Shown here: positions 25,901 to 40,900 of the stretch, piece after piece
How the letters are laid out: each line of letters opens with the position of its first letter
Position numbering within the stretch: position 1 is the first letter of the stretch
Source of the DNA: Eledone cirrhosa
Lineage: Eukaryota
Assembly (NCBI GenBank): GCA_964016885.1
Contig: OZ024741.1
Location: 415,152,001 to 415,216,000 of the forward strand
Direction: 5' to 3'
DNA: 64,000 nucleotides
Notes under the pieces: model-generated
Told to the model about the DNA's origin: nothing
The model's database searches: none
The model's input: only the letters and a program-made list of their open reading frames with translations
Program-made: the position numbers and the translations under genes

Positions 25901-28900
25901 CTCACCTCTTTCTGTTCAAACCAGCTGTATCTGACCAGAATTCTCTCACTTCTTTCTGTTCAAACCAGCTGTATCTGCCCAGAATTCCCTCACCTCTTTC
26001 TGTTCAAACCAGCCGTATCTGCCCAGAATTCTCTTACCTCTTTCTGTTCAAACCAGCTGTATCTGCCCAGAATTCCCTCACCTCTTTCTGTTCAAACCAG
26101 CTGTATCTGACCAGAATTCTCTCACCTCTTTCTGTTCAAACCAGCTGTATCTGACCAGAATTCTCTCACTTCTTTCTGTTCAAACCAGCTGTATCTGCCC
26201 AGAATTCCCTCACCTCTTTCTGTTCAAACCAGCCGTATCTGCCCAGAATTCTCTTACCTCTTTCTGTTCAAAGCAGCTGTATCTGCCCAGAATTCCCTCA
26301 CTTCTTTCTGTTCAAACCAGCTGTATCTGCCCAGAATTCCCTCACCTCTTTCTGTTCAAACCAGCTGTATCTGGCCAGAATTCCCTTACCTCTTTCCGTT
26401 GAAATCATCTGTATCTGCCCAGAATTCTCTCACTTCTTTCTGTTCAAACCAGCTGTATCTGACCAGAATTCTCTCACTTCATTCTGTTCAAACCAGCTGT
26501 ATCTGACCAGAATTCTCTCACCTCTTTCTGTTCAAACCAGCTGTATCTGCCCAGAATTCCCTCACTTCTTTCTGTTCAAACCAGCTGTATCTGCCCAGAA
26601 ATCCCTCACCTCTTTCTGTTCAAACCAGCTGTATCTGCCCAGAATTCTCTCACCTCATTCTGTTCAAACCAGCTGTATCTGCCCAGAATTCCCTCACCTC
26701 TTTCTTTTCAAACCAGCTGTATCTGACCAGAATTCTCTCACTTCTTTATGTTAAAACCAGCTGTATCTGGCCAGAATTCTCTCACTTCTTTCTGTTCAAA
26801 CCAGCTGTATCTGACCAGAATTCTCTCACCTCTTTCTGTTCAAACCAGCTGTATCTGCCCAGAATTCTCTCACCTCTTTCTATTCAAACCAGCTGTATCT
26901 GGCCAGAATTCTCTCACTTCTTTCTGTTTAAACCAGCTGTATCTGGCCAGAATTCTCTCACCTCTTTCTGTTCAAACCAGCCGTATCTGCCCAGAATTCC
27001 CTCACCTCATTCTGTTCAAACCATCTGTATCTGACCAGAATTCCCTCTCCTCTTTCTGTTTAAACCATCTGTATCTGCCCAGAATTCTGTCACTTCTTTC
27101 TGTTCAAACCAGCTGTATCTGCCCAGAATTCCCTCACCTCTTTCTGTTTACACCTTCTGTATATGCCCAGAATTTTCTCACCTCTTTCTGTTCAAAGCAG
27201 CTGTATCTGCCCAGAATTCCCTCACTTCTTTCTGTTCAAACCAGCTGTATCTGCCCAGAATTCCCTCACCTCTTTCTGTTCAAACCAGCTGTATCTGGCC
27301 AGAATTCCCTCACCTCTTTCTGTTCAAATCATCTGTATCTGCCCAGAATTCTCTCACTTCTTTCTGTTCAAACCAGCGATATCTGCCCAGAATTCCCTCA
27401 CCTCTTTCTGTTCAAACCAGCTGTATCTGACCAGAATTCTCTCACCTCTTTCTGTTCAAACCAGCTGTATCTGACCAGAATTCTCTCACCTCTTTCTTTT
27501 CAAACCAGCTGTATCTGCCCAGAATTCTCTCACCTGTTTCTGTTCAAATCAGCTGCATCTGGTCAGAATTCTCTCACTTCTTTCTGTTTAAACCAGCTGT
27601 ATCTGGTCAGAATTCTCTCACTTCTTTCTGTTCAAACCAGCTGTATCTGACCAGAATTCCCTCACCTCTTTCTGTTCAAACCAGCTGTATCTGCCCAGAA
27701 TTCCCTCACTTCTCTCTGTTCAAATCAGCTGTATCTGCCCAGAATTCCCTCACCTCTTTCTGTTCACAACAGCTGTATCTGCCCAGAATTCCCTCACTTC
27801 TTTCTGTTCAAACCAGCTGTATCTGCCCAGAATTCTCTCACCTGTTTATGTTCAAACCAGCTGTATCTGGTCAGAATTCTCTCACTTCTTTCTGTTTAAA
27901 CCAGCTGTATCTGGCCAGAATTCTCTCAATTTATTTTCGTTCACACCAGCTGTATCTGACCAGAATTCCCTCACCTCTTTCTGTTCAAACCAGCTGTATC
28001 TGACCAGAATTCTCTCACTTCTTTCTGTTCAAACCAGCTGTATCTGCCCAGAATTCCCTCACCTCTTTCTGTTCAAACCAGCCGTATCTGCCCAGAATTC
28101 TCTTACCTCTTTCTGTTCAAACCAGCTGTATCTGCCCAGAATTCCCTCACCTCTTTCTGTTCAAACCAGCTGTATCTGACCAGAATTCTCTCACCTCTTT
28201 CTGTTCAAACCAGCTGTATCTGCCCAGAATTCCCTCACCTCTTTCTGTTCAAACCAGCCGTATCTGCCCAGAATTCCCTCACCTCTTTCTGTTCAAACCA
28301 GCTGTATCTGGCCAGAATTCCCTTACCTCTTTCCGTTCAAATCATCTGTATCTGCCCAGAATTCTCTCACTTCTTTCTGTTCAAACCAGCTGTATCTGAC
28401 CAGAATTCTCTCACTTCATTCTGTTCAAACCAGCTGTATCTGACCAGAATTCTCTCACCTCTTTCTGTTCAAACCAGCTGTATCTGCCCAGAATTCCCTC
28501 ACTTCTTTCTGTTCAAACCAGCTGTATCTGCCCAGAAATCCCTCACCTCTTTCTGTTCAAACCAGCTGTATCTGCCCAGAATTCTCTCACCTCATTCTGT
28601 TCAAACCAGCTGTATCTGCCCAGAATTCCCTCACCTCTTTCTTTTCAAACCAGCTGTATCTGACCAGAATTCTCTCACTTCTTTATGTTAAAACCAGCTG
28701 TATCTGGCCAGAATTCTCTCACTTCTTTCTGTTCAAACCAGCTGTATCTGACCAGAATTCTCTCACCTCTTTCTGTTCAAACCAGCTGTATCTGCCCAGA
28801 ATTCTCTCACCTCTTTCTATTCAAACCAGCTGTATCTGGCCAGAATTCTCTCACTTCTTTCTGTTTAAACCAGCTGTATCTGGCCAGAATTCTCTCACCT

Positions 28901-31900
28901 CTTTCTGTTCAAACCAGCCGTATCTGCCCAGAATTCCCTCACCTCATTCTGTTCAAACCATCTGTATCTGACCAGAATTCCCTCTCCTCTTTCTGTTTAA
29001 ACCATCTGTATCTGCCCAGAATTCCCTCACTTCTTTCTGTTCAAACCAGCTGTATCTGCCCAGAATTCCCTCACCTCTTTCTGTTTACACCTTCTGTATA
29101 TGCCCAGAATTTTCTCACCTCTTTCTGTTCACAGCAGCTGTATCTGCCCAGAATTCCCTCACTTCTTTCTGTTCAAACCAGCTGTATCTGCCCAGAATTC
29201 CCTCACCTCTTTCTGTTCAAACCAGCTGTATCTGGCCAGAATTCCCTCACCTCTTTCTGTTCAAATCATCTGTATCTGCCCAGAATTCTCTCACCTCTTT
29301 CTGTTCAAACCAGCTGTATCTGACCAGAATTCTCTCACTTCATTCTGTTCAAACCAGCTGTATCTGACCAGAATTCTCTCACCTCTTTCTGTTCAAACCA
29401 GCTGTATCTGACCAGAATTCTCTCACCTCTTTCTTTTCAAACCAGCTGTATCTGCCCAGAATTCTCTCACCTGTTTCTGTTCAAATCAGCTGCATCTGGT
29501 CAGAATTCTCTCACTTCTTTCTGTTTAAACCAGCTGTATCTGGTCAGAATTCTCTCACTTCTTTCTGTTCAAACCAGCTGTATCTGACCAGAATTCCCTC
29601 ACCTCTTTCTGTTCAAACCAGCTGTATCTGCCCAGAATTCCCTCACTCTTTCTGTTCACAACAGCTGTATCTGCCCAGAATTCCCTCACTTCTTTCTGTT
29701 CAAACCAGCTGTATCTGCCCAGAATTCTCTCACCTGTTTATGTTCAAACCAGCTGTATCTGGTCAGAATTCTCTCACTTCTTTCTGTTTAAACCAGCTGT
29801 ATCTGGCCAGAATTCTCTCAATTTATTTCTGTTCACACCAGCTGTATCTGACCAGAATTCCCTCACCTCTTTCTGTTCAAACCAGCTGTATCTGACCAGA
29901 ATTCCCTCACTTCTTTCTGTTCAAACCAGCTGTATCTGCCCAGAATTCCCTCACCTCTTTCTGTTCAAACCAGCCGTATCTGCCCAGAATTCTCTTACCT
30001 CTTTCTGTTCAAACCAGCTGTATCTGCCCAGAATTCCCTCACCTCTTTCTGTTCAAACCAGCTGTATCTGACCAGAATTCTCTCACCTGTTTCTGTTCAA
30101 ACCAGCTGTATCTGGCCAGAATTTTCTCACTTCTTTCTGTTCAAACCAGCTGTGTCTGACCAGAATTCTCTCACTTCTTTCTGTTCAAACCAGCTGTATC
30201 TGCCCAGAAATCCCTCACCTCTTTCTGTTCAAACCAGCTGTATCTGCCCAGAATTCTCTCACCTCATTCTGTTCAAACCAGCTGTATCTGTCCAGAATTC
30301 CCTCACCTCTTTCTGTTCAAACCAGCCGTATCTGCCCAGAATTCCCTCACCTCTTTCTTTTCAAACCAGCTGTATCTGACCACAATTCTATCACTTCTTT
30401 CTGTTCAAACCAGCTGTATCTGGCCAGAATTCTCTCACTTCTTTCTGTTCAAACCAGCTGTATCTGACCAGAATTCTCTCACCTCTTTCTGTTCAAACCA
30501 GCTGTATCTGCCCAGAATTCTCTCACCTCTTTCTATTCAAACCAGCTGTATCTGGCCAGAATTCTCTCACTTCTTTCTGTTTAAACCAGCTGTATCTGGG
30601 CAGAATTCTCTCACCTCTTTCTGTTCAAACCAGCCGTATCTGCCCAGAATTCCCTCACTTCTTTCTGTTCAAACCAGCTGTATCTGGCCAGAATTCTCTC
30701 ACTTCTTTCTGTTCAAACCAGCTGTATCTGACCAGAATTCTCTCATCTCTTTCTGTTCAAACCAGCTGTATCTGCCCAGAACTCTCTCACCTCTTTCTCT
30801 TCAAACCAGCTGTATCTGGTCAGAATTTCCTCACCTCTTTCTGTTCAAACCAGCTGTATCTGCCCAGAATTTTCTCACCTCTTTCCGTTCAAACCATCTG
30901 TATCTGACCAGAATTCTCTCACCTCTTTCTTTTCAAACCAGCTGTATCTGCCCAGAATTCTCTCACCTGTTTCTTTTCAAATCAGCTGTATCTGGTCAGA
31001 ATTCTCTCACTTCTTTCTGTTTAAACCAGCTGTATCTGGTCAGAATTCTCTCACTTCTTTCTGTTCAAACCAGCTGTATCTGCCCAGAATTCCCTCACTT
31101 CTTTCTGTTCAAACCAGCTGTATCTGCCCAGAATTCCCTCACCTCTTTCTGTTCAAACCAGCTGTATCTGGCCAGAATTCCCTCACCTCTTTCCGTTCAA
31201 ATCATCTGTATCTGCCCAGAATTCTCTCACTTCTTTCTGTTCAAACCAGCTGTATCTGACCAGAATTCTCTCACTTCATTCTGTTCAAACCAGCTGTATC
31301 TGACCAGAATTCTCTCACTTCTTTCTGTTCAAACCAGCTGTATCTGCCCAGAATTCCCCCACTTCTTTCTGTTCAAACCAGCTGTATCTGCCCAGAAATC
31401 CCTCACCTCTTTCTGTTCAAACCAGCTGTATCTGACTAGAATTCTCTCACCTCTTTCTGTTCAGACCAGCTGTATCTGCCCAGAATTCTCTCACCTCTTT
31501 CTGTTCAAACCAGCTGTATCTGCCCAGAATTCCCTCACCTCTTTCTGTTCAAACCAGCTGTATCTGCCCAGAATTCTCTCACCTCTTTCTGTTCAAACCA
31601 TCTGTATCTGACCAGAATTCTCTCACTTCTTTCTTTTCAAACCAGCTGTATCTGCCCAGAATTCTCTCACCTCATTCTGTTCAAACCAGCTGTATCTGTC
31701 CAGAATTCCCTCACCTCTTTCTGTTCAAACCAGCCGTATCTGCCCAGAATTCCCTCACCTCTTTCTTTTCAAACCAGCTGTATCTGACCAGAATTCTCTC
31801 ACTTCTTTCTGTTCAAACCAGCTGTATCTGACCAGAATTCTCTCACCTCTTTCTGTTCAAACCAGCTGTATCTGGCCAGAATTCTCTCACCTCATTCTGT

Positions 31901-34900
31901 TCAAACCAGCTGTATCTGTCCAGAATTCCCTCACCTCTTTCTGTTCAAACCAGCCGTATCTGCCCAGAATTCCCTCACCTCTTTCTTTTCAAACCAGCTG
32001 TATCTGACCAGAATTCTCTCACCTCTTTCTGTTCAAACCAGCTGTATCTGGCCAGAATTCTCTCACTTCTTTCTGTTCAAACCAGCTGTATCTGACCAGA
32101 ATTCTCTCACCTCTTTCTGTTCAAACCAGCTGTATCTGGCCAGAATTCTCTCACTTCTTTCTGTTTAAACCAGCTGTATCTGGCCAGAATTCTCCAACCT
32201 CTTTCTGTTCAAACCAGCCGTATCTGCCCAGAATTCCCTCACCTCATTCTGTTCAAACCATCTGTATCTGACCAGAATTCCCTCTCCTCTTTCTGTTTAA
32301 ACCATCTGTATCTGCCCAGAATTCTGTCACTTCTTTCTGTTCAAACCAGCTGTATCTGCCCAGAATTCCCTCACCTCTTTCTGTTTACACCTTCTGTATA
32401 TGCCCAGAATTTTCTCACCTCTTTCTGTTCAAAGCAGCTGTATCTGCCCAGAATTCCCTCACTTCTTTCTGTTCAAACCAGCTGTATCTGCCCAGAATTC
32501 CCTCACCTCTTTCTGTTCAAACCAGCTGTATCTGGCCAGAATTCCCTCACCTCTTTCTGTTCAAATCATCTGTATCTGCCCAGAATTCTCTCACTTCTTT
32601 CTGTTCAAACCAGCGATATCTGCCCAGAATTCCCTCACCTCTTTCTGTTCAAACCAGCTGTATCTGACCAGAATTCTCTCACTTCATTCTGTTCAAACCA
32701 GCTGTATCTGACCAGAATTCTCTCACCTCTTTCTGTTCAAACCAGCTGTATCTGACCAGAATTCTCTCACCTCTTTCTTTTCAAACCAGCTGTATCTGCC
32801 CAGAATTCTCTCACCTGTTTCTGTTCAAATCAGCTGCATCTGGTCAGAATTCTCTCACTTCTTTCTGTTTAAACCAGCTGTATCTGGTCAGAATTCTCTC
32901 ACTTCTTTCTGTTCAAACCAGCTGTATCTGACCAGAATTCCCTCACCTCTTTCTGTTCAAACCAGCTGTATCTGCCCAGAATTCCCTCACTTCTCTCTGT
33001 TCAAACCAGCTGTATCTGCCCAGAATTCCCTCACCTCTTTCTGTTCACAACAGCTGTATCTGCCCAGAATTCCCTCACTTCTTTCTGTTCAAACCAGCTG
33101 TATCTGCCCAGAATTCTCTCACCTGTTTATGTTCAAACCAGCTGTATCTGGTCAGAATTCTCTCACTTCTTTCTGTTTGAACCAGCTGTATCTGGCCAGA
33201 ATTCTCTCAATTTATTTTCGTTCACACCAGCTGTATCTGACCAGAATTCCCTCACCTCTTTCTGTTCAAACCAGCTGTATCTGACCAGAATTCTCTCACT
33301 TCTTTCTGTTCAAACCAGCTGTATCTGCCCAGAATTCCCTCACCTCTTTCTGTTCAAACCAGCCGTATCTGCCCAGAATTCTCTTACCTCTTTCTGTTCA
33401 AACCAGCTGTATCTGCCCAGAATTCCCTCACCTCTTTCTGTTCAAACCAGCTGTATCTGACCAGAATTCTCTCACCTCTTTCTGTTCAAACCAGCTGTAT
33501 CTGACCAGAATTCTCTCACTTCTTTCTGTTCAAACCAGCTGTATCTGCCCAGAATTCCCTCACCTCTTTCTGTTCAAACCAGCCGTATCTGCCCAGAATT
33601 CTCTTACCTCTTTCTGTTCAAAGCAGCTGTATCTGCCCAGAATTCCCTCACTTCTTTCTGTTCAAACCAGCTGTATCTGCCCAGAATTCCCTCACCTCTT
33701 TCTGTTCAAACCAGCTGTATCTGGCCAGAATTCCCTTACCTCTTTCCGTTCAAATCATCTGTATCTGCCCAGAATTCTCTCACTTCTTTCTGTTCAAACC
33801 AGCTGTATCTGACCAGAATTCTCTCACTTCATTCTGTTCAAACCAGCTGTATCTGACCAGAATTCTCTCACCTCTTTCTGTTCAAACCAGCTGTATCTGC
33901 CCAGAATTCCCTCACTTCTTTCTGTTCAAACCAGCTGTATCTGCCCAGAAATCCCTCACCTCTTTCTGTTCAAACCAGCTGTATCTGCCCAGAATTCTCT
34001 CACCTCATTCTGTTCAAACCAGCTGTATCTGCCCAGAATTCCCTCACCTCTTTCTTTTCAAACCAGCTGTATCTGACCAGAATTCTCTCACCTCTTTCTG
34101 TTCAAACCAGCTGTATCTGGCCAGAATTCTCTCACCTCATTCTGTTCAAACCAGCTGTATCTGTCCAGAATTCCCTCACCTCTTTCTGTTCAAACCAGCC
34201 GTATCTGCCCAGAATTCCCTCACCTCTTTCTTTTCAAACCAGCTGTATCTGACCAGAATTCTCTCACCTCTTTCTGTTCAAACCAGCTGTATCTGGCCAG
34301 AATTCTCTCACTTCTTTCTGTTCAAACCAGCTGTATCTGACCAGAATTCTCTCACCTCTTTCTGTTCAAACCAGCTGTATCTGGCCAGAATTCTCTCACT
34401 TCTTTCTGTTTAAACCAGCTGTATCGGGCCAGAATTCTCTCACCTCTTTCTGTTCAAACCAGCCGTATCTGCCCAGAATTCCCTCACCTCATTCTGTTCA
34501 AACCATCTGTATCTGACCAGAATTCCCTCTCCTCTTTCTGTTTAAACCATCTGTATCTGCCCAGAATTCTGTCACTTCTTTCTGTTCAAACCAGCTGTAT
34601 CTGCCCAGAATTCCCTCACCTCTTTCTGTTTACACCTTCTGTATATGCCCAGAATTTTCTCACCTCTTTCTGTTCAAAGCAGCTGTATCTGCCCATAATT
34701 CCCTCACTTCTTTCTGTTCAAACCAGCTGTATCTGCCCAGAATTCCCTCACCTCTTTCTGTTCAAACCAGCTGTATCTGGCCAGAATTCCCTCACCTCTT
34801 TCTGTTCAAATCATCTGTATCTGCCCAGAATTCTCTCACTTCTTTCTGTTCAAACCAGCGATATCTGCCCAGAATTCCCTCACCTCTTTCTGTTCAAACC

Positions 34901-37900
34901 AGCTGTATCTGACCAGAATTCTCTCACTTCATTCTCTTCAAACCAGCTGTATCTGACCAGAATTCTCTCACCTCTTTCTGTTCAAACCAGCTGTATCTGA
35001 CCAGAATTCTCTCACCTCTTTCTTTTCAAACCAGCTGTATCTGCCCAGAATTCTCTCACCTGTTTCTGTTCAAATCAGCTGCATCTGGTCAGAATTCTCT
35101 CACTTCTTTCTGTTTAAACCAGCTGTATCTGGTCAGAATTCTCTCACTTCTTTCTGTTCAAACCAGCTGTATCTGACCAGAATTCCCTCACCTCTTTCTG
35201 TTCACAACAGCTGTATCTGCCCAGAATTCCCTCACTTCTTTCTGTTCAAACCAGCTGTATCTGCCCAGAATTCTCTCACCTGTTTATGTTCAAACCAGCT
35301 GTATCTGGTCAGAATTCTCTCACTTCTTTCTGTTTAAACCAGCTGTATCTGGCCAGAATTCTCTCAATTTATTTTCGTTCACACCAGCTGTATCTGACCA
35401 GAATTCCCTCACCTCTTTCTGTTCAAACCAGCTGTATCTGACCAGAATTCTCTCACTTCTTTCTGTTCAAACCAGCTGTATCTGCCCAGAATTCCCTCAC
35501 CTCTTTCTGTTCAAACCAGCCGTATCTGCCCAGAATTCTCTTACCTCTTTCTGTTCAAACCAGCTGTATCTGCCCAGAATTCCCTCACCTCTTTCTGTTC
35601 AAACCAGCTGTATCTGACCAGAATTCTCTCACCTCTTTCTGTTCAAACCAGCTGTATCTGACCAGAATTCTCTCACCTCTTTCTGTTCAAACCAGCTGTA
35701 TCTGCCCAGAATTCCCTCACCTCTTTCTGTTCAAACCAGCCGTATCTGCCCAGAATTCTCTTACCTCTTTCTGTTCAAAGCAGCTGTATCTGCCCAGAAT
35801 TCCCTCACCTCTTTCTGTTCAAACCAGCTGTATCTGGCCAGAATTCCCTTACCTCTTTCCGTTCAAATCATCTGTATCTGCCCAGAATTCTCTCACTTCT
35901 TTCTGTTCAAACCAGCTGTATCTGACCAGAATTCTCTCACTTCATTCTGTTCAAACCAGCTGTATCTGACCAGAATTCTCTCACCTCTTTCTGTTCAAAC
36001 CAGCTGTATCTGCCCAGAATTCCCTCACTTCTTTCTGTTCAAACCAGCTGTATCTGCCCAGAAATCCCTCACCTCTTTCTGTTCAAACCAGCTGTATCTG
36101 CCCAGAATTCTCTCACCTCATTCTGTTCAAACCAGCTGTATCTGCCCAGAATTCCCTCACCTCTTTCTTTTCAAACCAGCTGTATCTGACCAGAATTCTC
36201 TCACTTCTTTATGTTAAAACCAGCTGTATCTGGCCAGAATTCTCTCACTTCTTTCTGTTCAAACCAGCTGTATCTGACCAGAATTCTCTCACCTCTTTCT
36301 GTTCAAACCAGCTGTATCTGCCCAGAATTCTCTCACCTCTTTCTATTCAAACCAGCTGTATCTGGCCAGAATTCTCTCACTTCTTTCTGTTTAAACCAGC
36401 TGTATCTGGCCAGAATTCTCTCACCTCTTTCTGTTCAAACCAGCCGTATCTGCCCAGAATTCCCTCACCTCATTCTGTTCAAACCATCTGTATCTGACCA
36501 GAATTCCCTCTCCTCTTTCTGTTTAAACCATCTGTATCTGCCCAGAATTCTGTCACTTCTTTCTGTTCAAACCAGCTGTATCTGCCCAGAATTCCCTCAC
36601 CTCTTTCTGTTTACACCTTCTGTATATGCCCAGAATTTTCTCACCTCTTTCTGTTCAAAGCAGCTGTATCTGCCTAGAATTCCCTCACTTCTTTCTGTTG
36701 AAACCAGCTGTATCTGCCCAGAATTCCCTCACCTCTTTCTGTTCAAACCAGCTGTATCTGGCCAGAATTCCCTCACCTCTTTCTGTTCAAATCATCTGTA
36801 TCTGCCCAGAATTCTCTCACTTCTTTCTGTTCAAACCAGCAATATTTGCCCAGAATTCCCTCACCTCTTTCTGTTCAAACCAGCTGTATCTGACCAGAAT
36901 TCTCTCACTTCATTCTGTTCAAACCAGCTGTATCTGACCAGAATTCTCTCACCTCTTTCTGTTTAAACCAGCTGTATCTGACCAGAATTCTCTCACCTCT
37001 TTCTTTTCAAACCAGCTGTATCTGCCCAGAATTCTCTCACCTGTTTCTGTTCAAATCAGCTGCATCTGGTCAGAATTCTCTCACTTCTTTCTGTTCAAAC
37101 CAGCTGTTTCTGCCCAGAATTCCCTCACTTCTTTCTGTTCAAACCAGCTGTATCTGACCAGAATTCCCTCACCTCTTTCTGTTCACAACAGCTGTATCTG
37201 CCCAGAATTCCCTCTCCTCTTTCTGTTTAAACCATCTGTATCTGCCCAGAATTCTGTCACTTCTTTCTGTTCAAACCAGCTGTATCTGCCCAGAATTTTC
37301 TCACCTCTTTCTGTTCAAACCATCTGTATCTGACCAGAATTCTCTCACTTCTTTCTTTTCAAACCAGCTGTATCTGCCCAGAATTCTCTCACCTCATTCT
37401 GTTCAAACCAGCTGTATCTGTCCAGAATTCCCTCACCTCTTTCTGTTCAAACCAGCCGTATCTGCCCAGAATTCCCTCACCTCTTTCTTTTCAAACCAGC
37501 TGTATCTGACCAGAATTCTCTCACTTCTTTCTGTTCAAACCAGCTGTATCTGACCAGAATTCTCTCACCTCTTTCTGTTCAAACCAGCTGTATCTGGCCA
37601 GAATTCTCTCACCTCATTCTGTTCAAACCAACTGTATCTGTCCAGAATTCCCTCACCTCTTTCTGTTCAAACCAGCCGTATCTGCCCAGAATTCCCTCAC
37701 CTCTTTCTTTTAAAACCAGCTGTATCTGACCAGAATTCTCTCACCTCTTTCTGTTCAAACCAGCTGTATCTGGCCAGAATTCTCTCACTTCTTTCTGTTC
37801 AAACCAGCTGTATCTGACCAGAATTCTCTCACCTCTTTCTGTTCAAACCAGCTGTATCTGGCCAGAATTCTCTCACTTCTTTCTGTTTAAACCAGCTGTA

Positions 37901-40900
37901 TCTGGCCAGAATTCTCTCACCTCTTTCTGTTCAAACCAGCCGTATCTGCCCAGAATTCCCTCACCTCATTCTGTTCAAACCATCTGTATCTGACCAGAAT
38001 TCCCTCTCCTCTTTCTGTTTAAACCATCTGTATCTGCCCAGAATTCTGTCACTTCTTTCTGTTCAAACCAGCTGTATCTGCCCAGAATTCCCTCCCCTCT
38101 TTCTGTTTACACCTTCTGTATATGCCCAGAATTTTCTCACCTCTTTCTGTTCAAAGCAGCTGTATCTGCCCAGAATTCCCTCACTTCTTTCTGTTCAAAC
38201 CAGCTGTATCTGCCCAGAATTCCCTCACCTCTTTCTGTTCAAACCAGCTGTATCTGGCCAGAATTCCCTCACCTCTTTCTGTTCAAATCATCTGTATCTG
38301 CCCAGAATTCTCTCACTTCTTTCTGTTCAAACCAGCGATATCTGCCCAGAATTCCCTCACCTCTTTCTGTTCAAACCAGCTGTATCTGACCAGAATTCTC
38401 TCACTTCATTCTGTTCAAACCAGCTGTATCTGACCAGAATTCTCTCACCTCTTTCTGTTCAAACCAGCTGTATCTGACCAGAATTCTCTCACCTCTTTCT
38501 TTTCAAACCAGCTGTATCTGCCCAGAATTCTCTCACCTGTTTCTGTTCAAATCAGCTGCATCTGGTCAGAATTCTCTCACTTCTTTCTGTTTAAACCAGC
38601 TGTATCTGGTCAGAATTCTCTCACTTCTTTCTGTTCAAACCAGCTGTATCTGACCAGAATTCCCTCACCTCTTTCTGTTCAAACCAGCTGTATCTGCCCA
38701 GAATTCCCTCACTTCTCTCTGTTCAAACCAGCTGTATCTGCCCAGAATTCCCTCACCTCTTTCTGTTCACAACAGCTGTATCTGCCCAGAATTCCCTCAC
38801 TTCTTTCTGTTCAAACCAGCTGTATCTGCCCAGAATTCTCTCACCTGTTTATGTTCAAACCAGCTGTATCTGGTCAGAATTCTCTCACTTCTTTCTGTTT
38901 AAACCAGCTGTATCTGGCCAGAATTCTCTCAATTTATTTTCGTTCACACCAGCTGTATCTGACCAGAATTCCCTCACCTCTTTCTGTTCAAACCAGCTGT
39001 ATCTGACCAGAATTCTCTCACTTCTTTCTGTTCAAACCAGCTGTATCTGCCCAGAATTCCCTCACCTCTTTCTGTTCAAACCAGCCGTATCTGCCCAGAA
39101 TTCTCTTACCTCTTTCTGTTCAAACCAGCTGTATCTGCCCAGAATTCCCTCACCTCTTTCTGTTCAAACCAGCTGTATCTGACCAGAATTCTCTCACCTC
39201 TTTCTGTTCAAACCAGCTGTATCTGACCAGAATTCTCTCACTTCTTTCTGTTCAAACCAGCTGTATCTGCCCAGAATTCCCTCACCTCTTTCTGTTCAAA
39301 CCAGCCGTATCTGCCCAGAATTCTCTTACCTCTTTCTGTTCAAAGCAGCTGTATCTGCCCAGAATTCCCTCACTTCTTTCTGTTCAAACCAGCTGTATCT
39401 GCCCAGAATTCCCTCACCTCTTTCTGTTCAAACCAGCTGTATCTGGCCAGAATTCCCTTACCTCTTTCCGTTGAAATCATCTGTATCTGCCCAGAATTCT
39501 CTCACTTCTTTCTGTTCAAACCAGCTGTATCTGACCAGAATTCTCTCACTTCATTCTGTTCAAACCAGCTGTATCTGACCAGAATTCTCTCACCTCTTTC
39601 TGTTCAAACCAGCTGTATCTGCCCAGAATTCCCTCACTTCTTTCTGTTCAAACCAGCTGTATCTGCCCAGAAATCCCTCACCTCTTTCTGTTCAAACCAG
39701 CTGTATCTGCCCAGAATTCTCTCACCTCATTCTGTTCAAACCAGCTGTATCTGCCCAGAATTCCCTCACCTCTTTCTTTTCAAACCAGCTGTATCTGACC
39801 AGAATTCTCTCACTTCTTTATGTTAAAACCAGCTGTATCTGGCCAGAATTCTCTCACTTCTTTCTGTTCAAACCAGCTGTATCTGACCAGAATTCTCTCA
39901 CCTCTTTCTGTTCAAACCAGCTGTATCTGCCCAGAATTCTCTCACCTCTTTCTATTCAAACCAGCTGTATCTGGCCAGAATTCTCTCACTTCTTTCTGTT
40001 TAAACCAGCTGTATCTGGCCAGAATTCTCTCACCTCTTTCTGTTCAAACCAGCCGTATCTGCCCAGAATTCCCTCACCTCATTCTGTTCAAACCATCTGT
40101 ATCTGACCAGAATTCCCTCTCCTCTTTCTGTTTAAACCATCTGTATCTGCCCAGAATTCTGTCACTTCTTTCTGTTCAAACCAGCTGTATCTGCCCAGAA
40201 TTCCCTCACCTCTTTCTGTTTACACCTTCTGTATATGCCCAGAATTTTCTCACCTCTTTCTGTTCAAAGCAGCTGTATCTGCCCAGAATTCCCTCACTTC
40301 TTTCTGTTCAAACCAGCTGTATCTGCCCAGAATTCCCTCACCTCTTTCTGTTCAAACCAGCTGTATCTGGCCAGAATTCCCTCACCTCTTTCTGTTCAAA
40401 TCATCTGTATCTGCCCAGAATTCTCTCACTTCTTTCTGTTCAAACCAGCGATATCTGCCCAGAATTCCCTCACCTCTTTCTGTTCAAACCAGCTGTATCT
40501 GACCAGAATTCTCTCACCTCTTTCTGTTCAAACCAGCTGTATCTGACCAGAATTCTCTCACCTCTTTCTTTTCAAACCAGCTGTATCTGCCCAGAATTCT
40601 CTCACCTGTTTCTGTTCAAATCAGCTGCATCTGGTCAGAATTCTCTCACTTCTTTCTGTTTAAACCAGCTGTATCTGGTCAGAATTCTCTCACTTCTTTC
40701 TGTTCAAACCAGCTGTATCTGACCAGAATTCCCTCACCTCTTTCTGTTCAAACCAGCTGTATCTGCCCAGAATTCCCTCACTTCTCTCTGTTCAAATCAG
40801 CTGTATCTGCCCAGAATTCCCTCACCTCTTTCTGTTCACAACAGCTGTATCTGCCCAGAATTCCCTCACTTCTTTCTGTTCAAACCAGCTGTATCTGCCC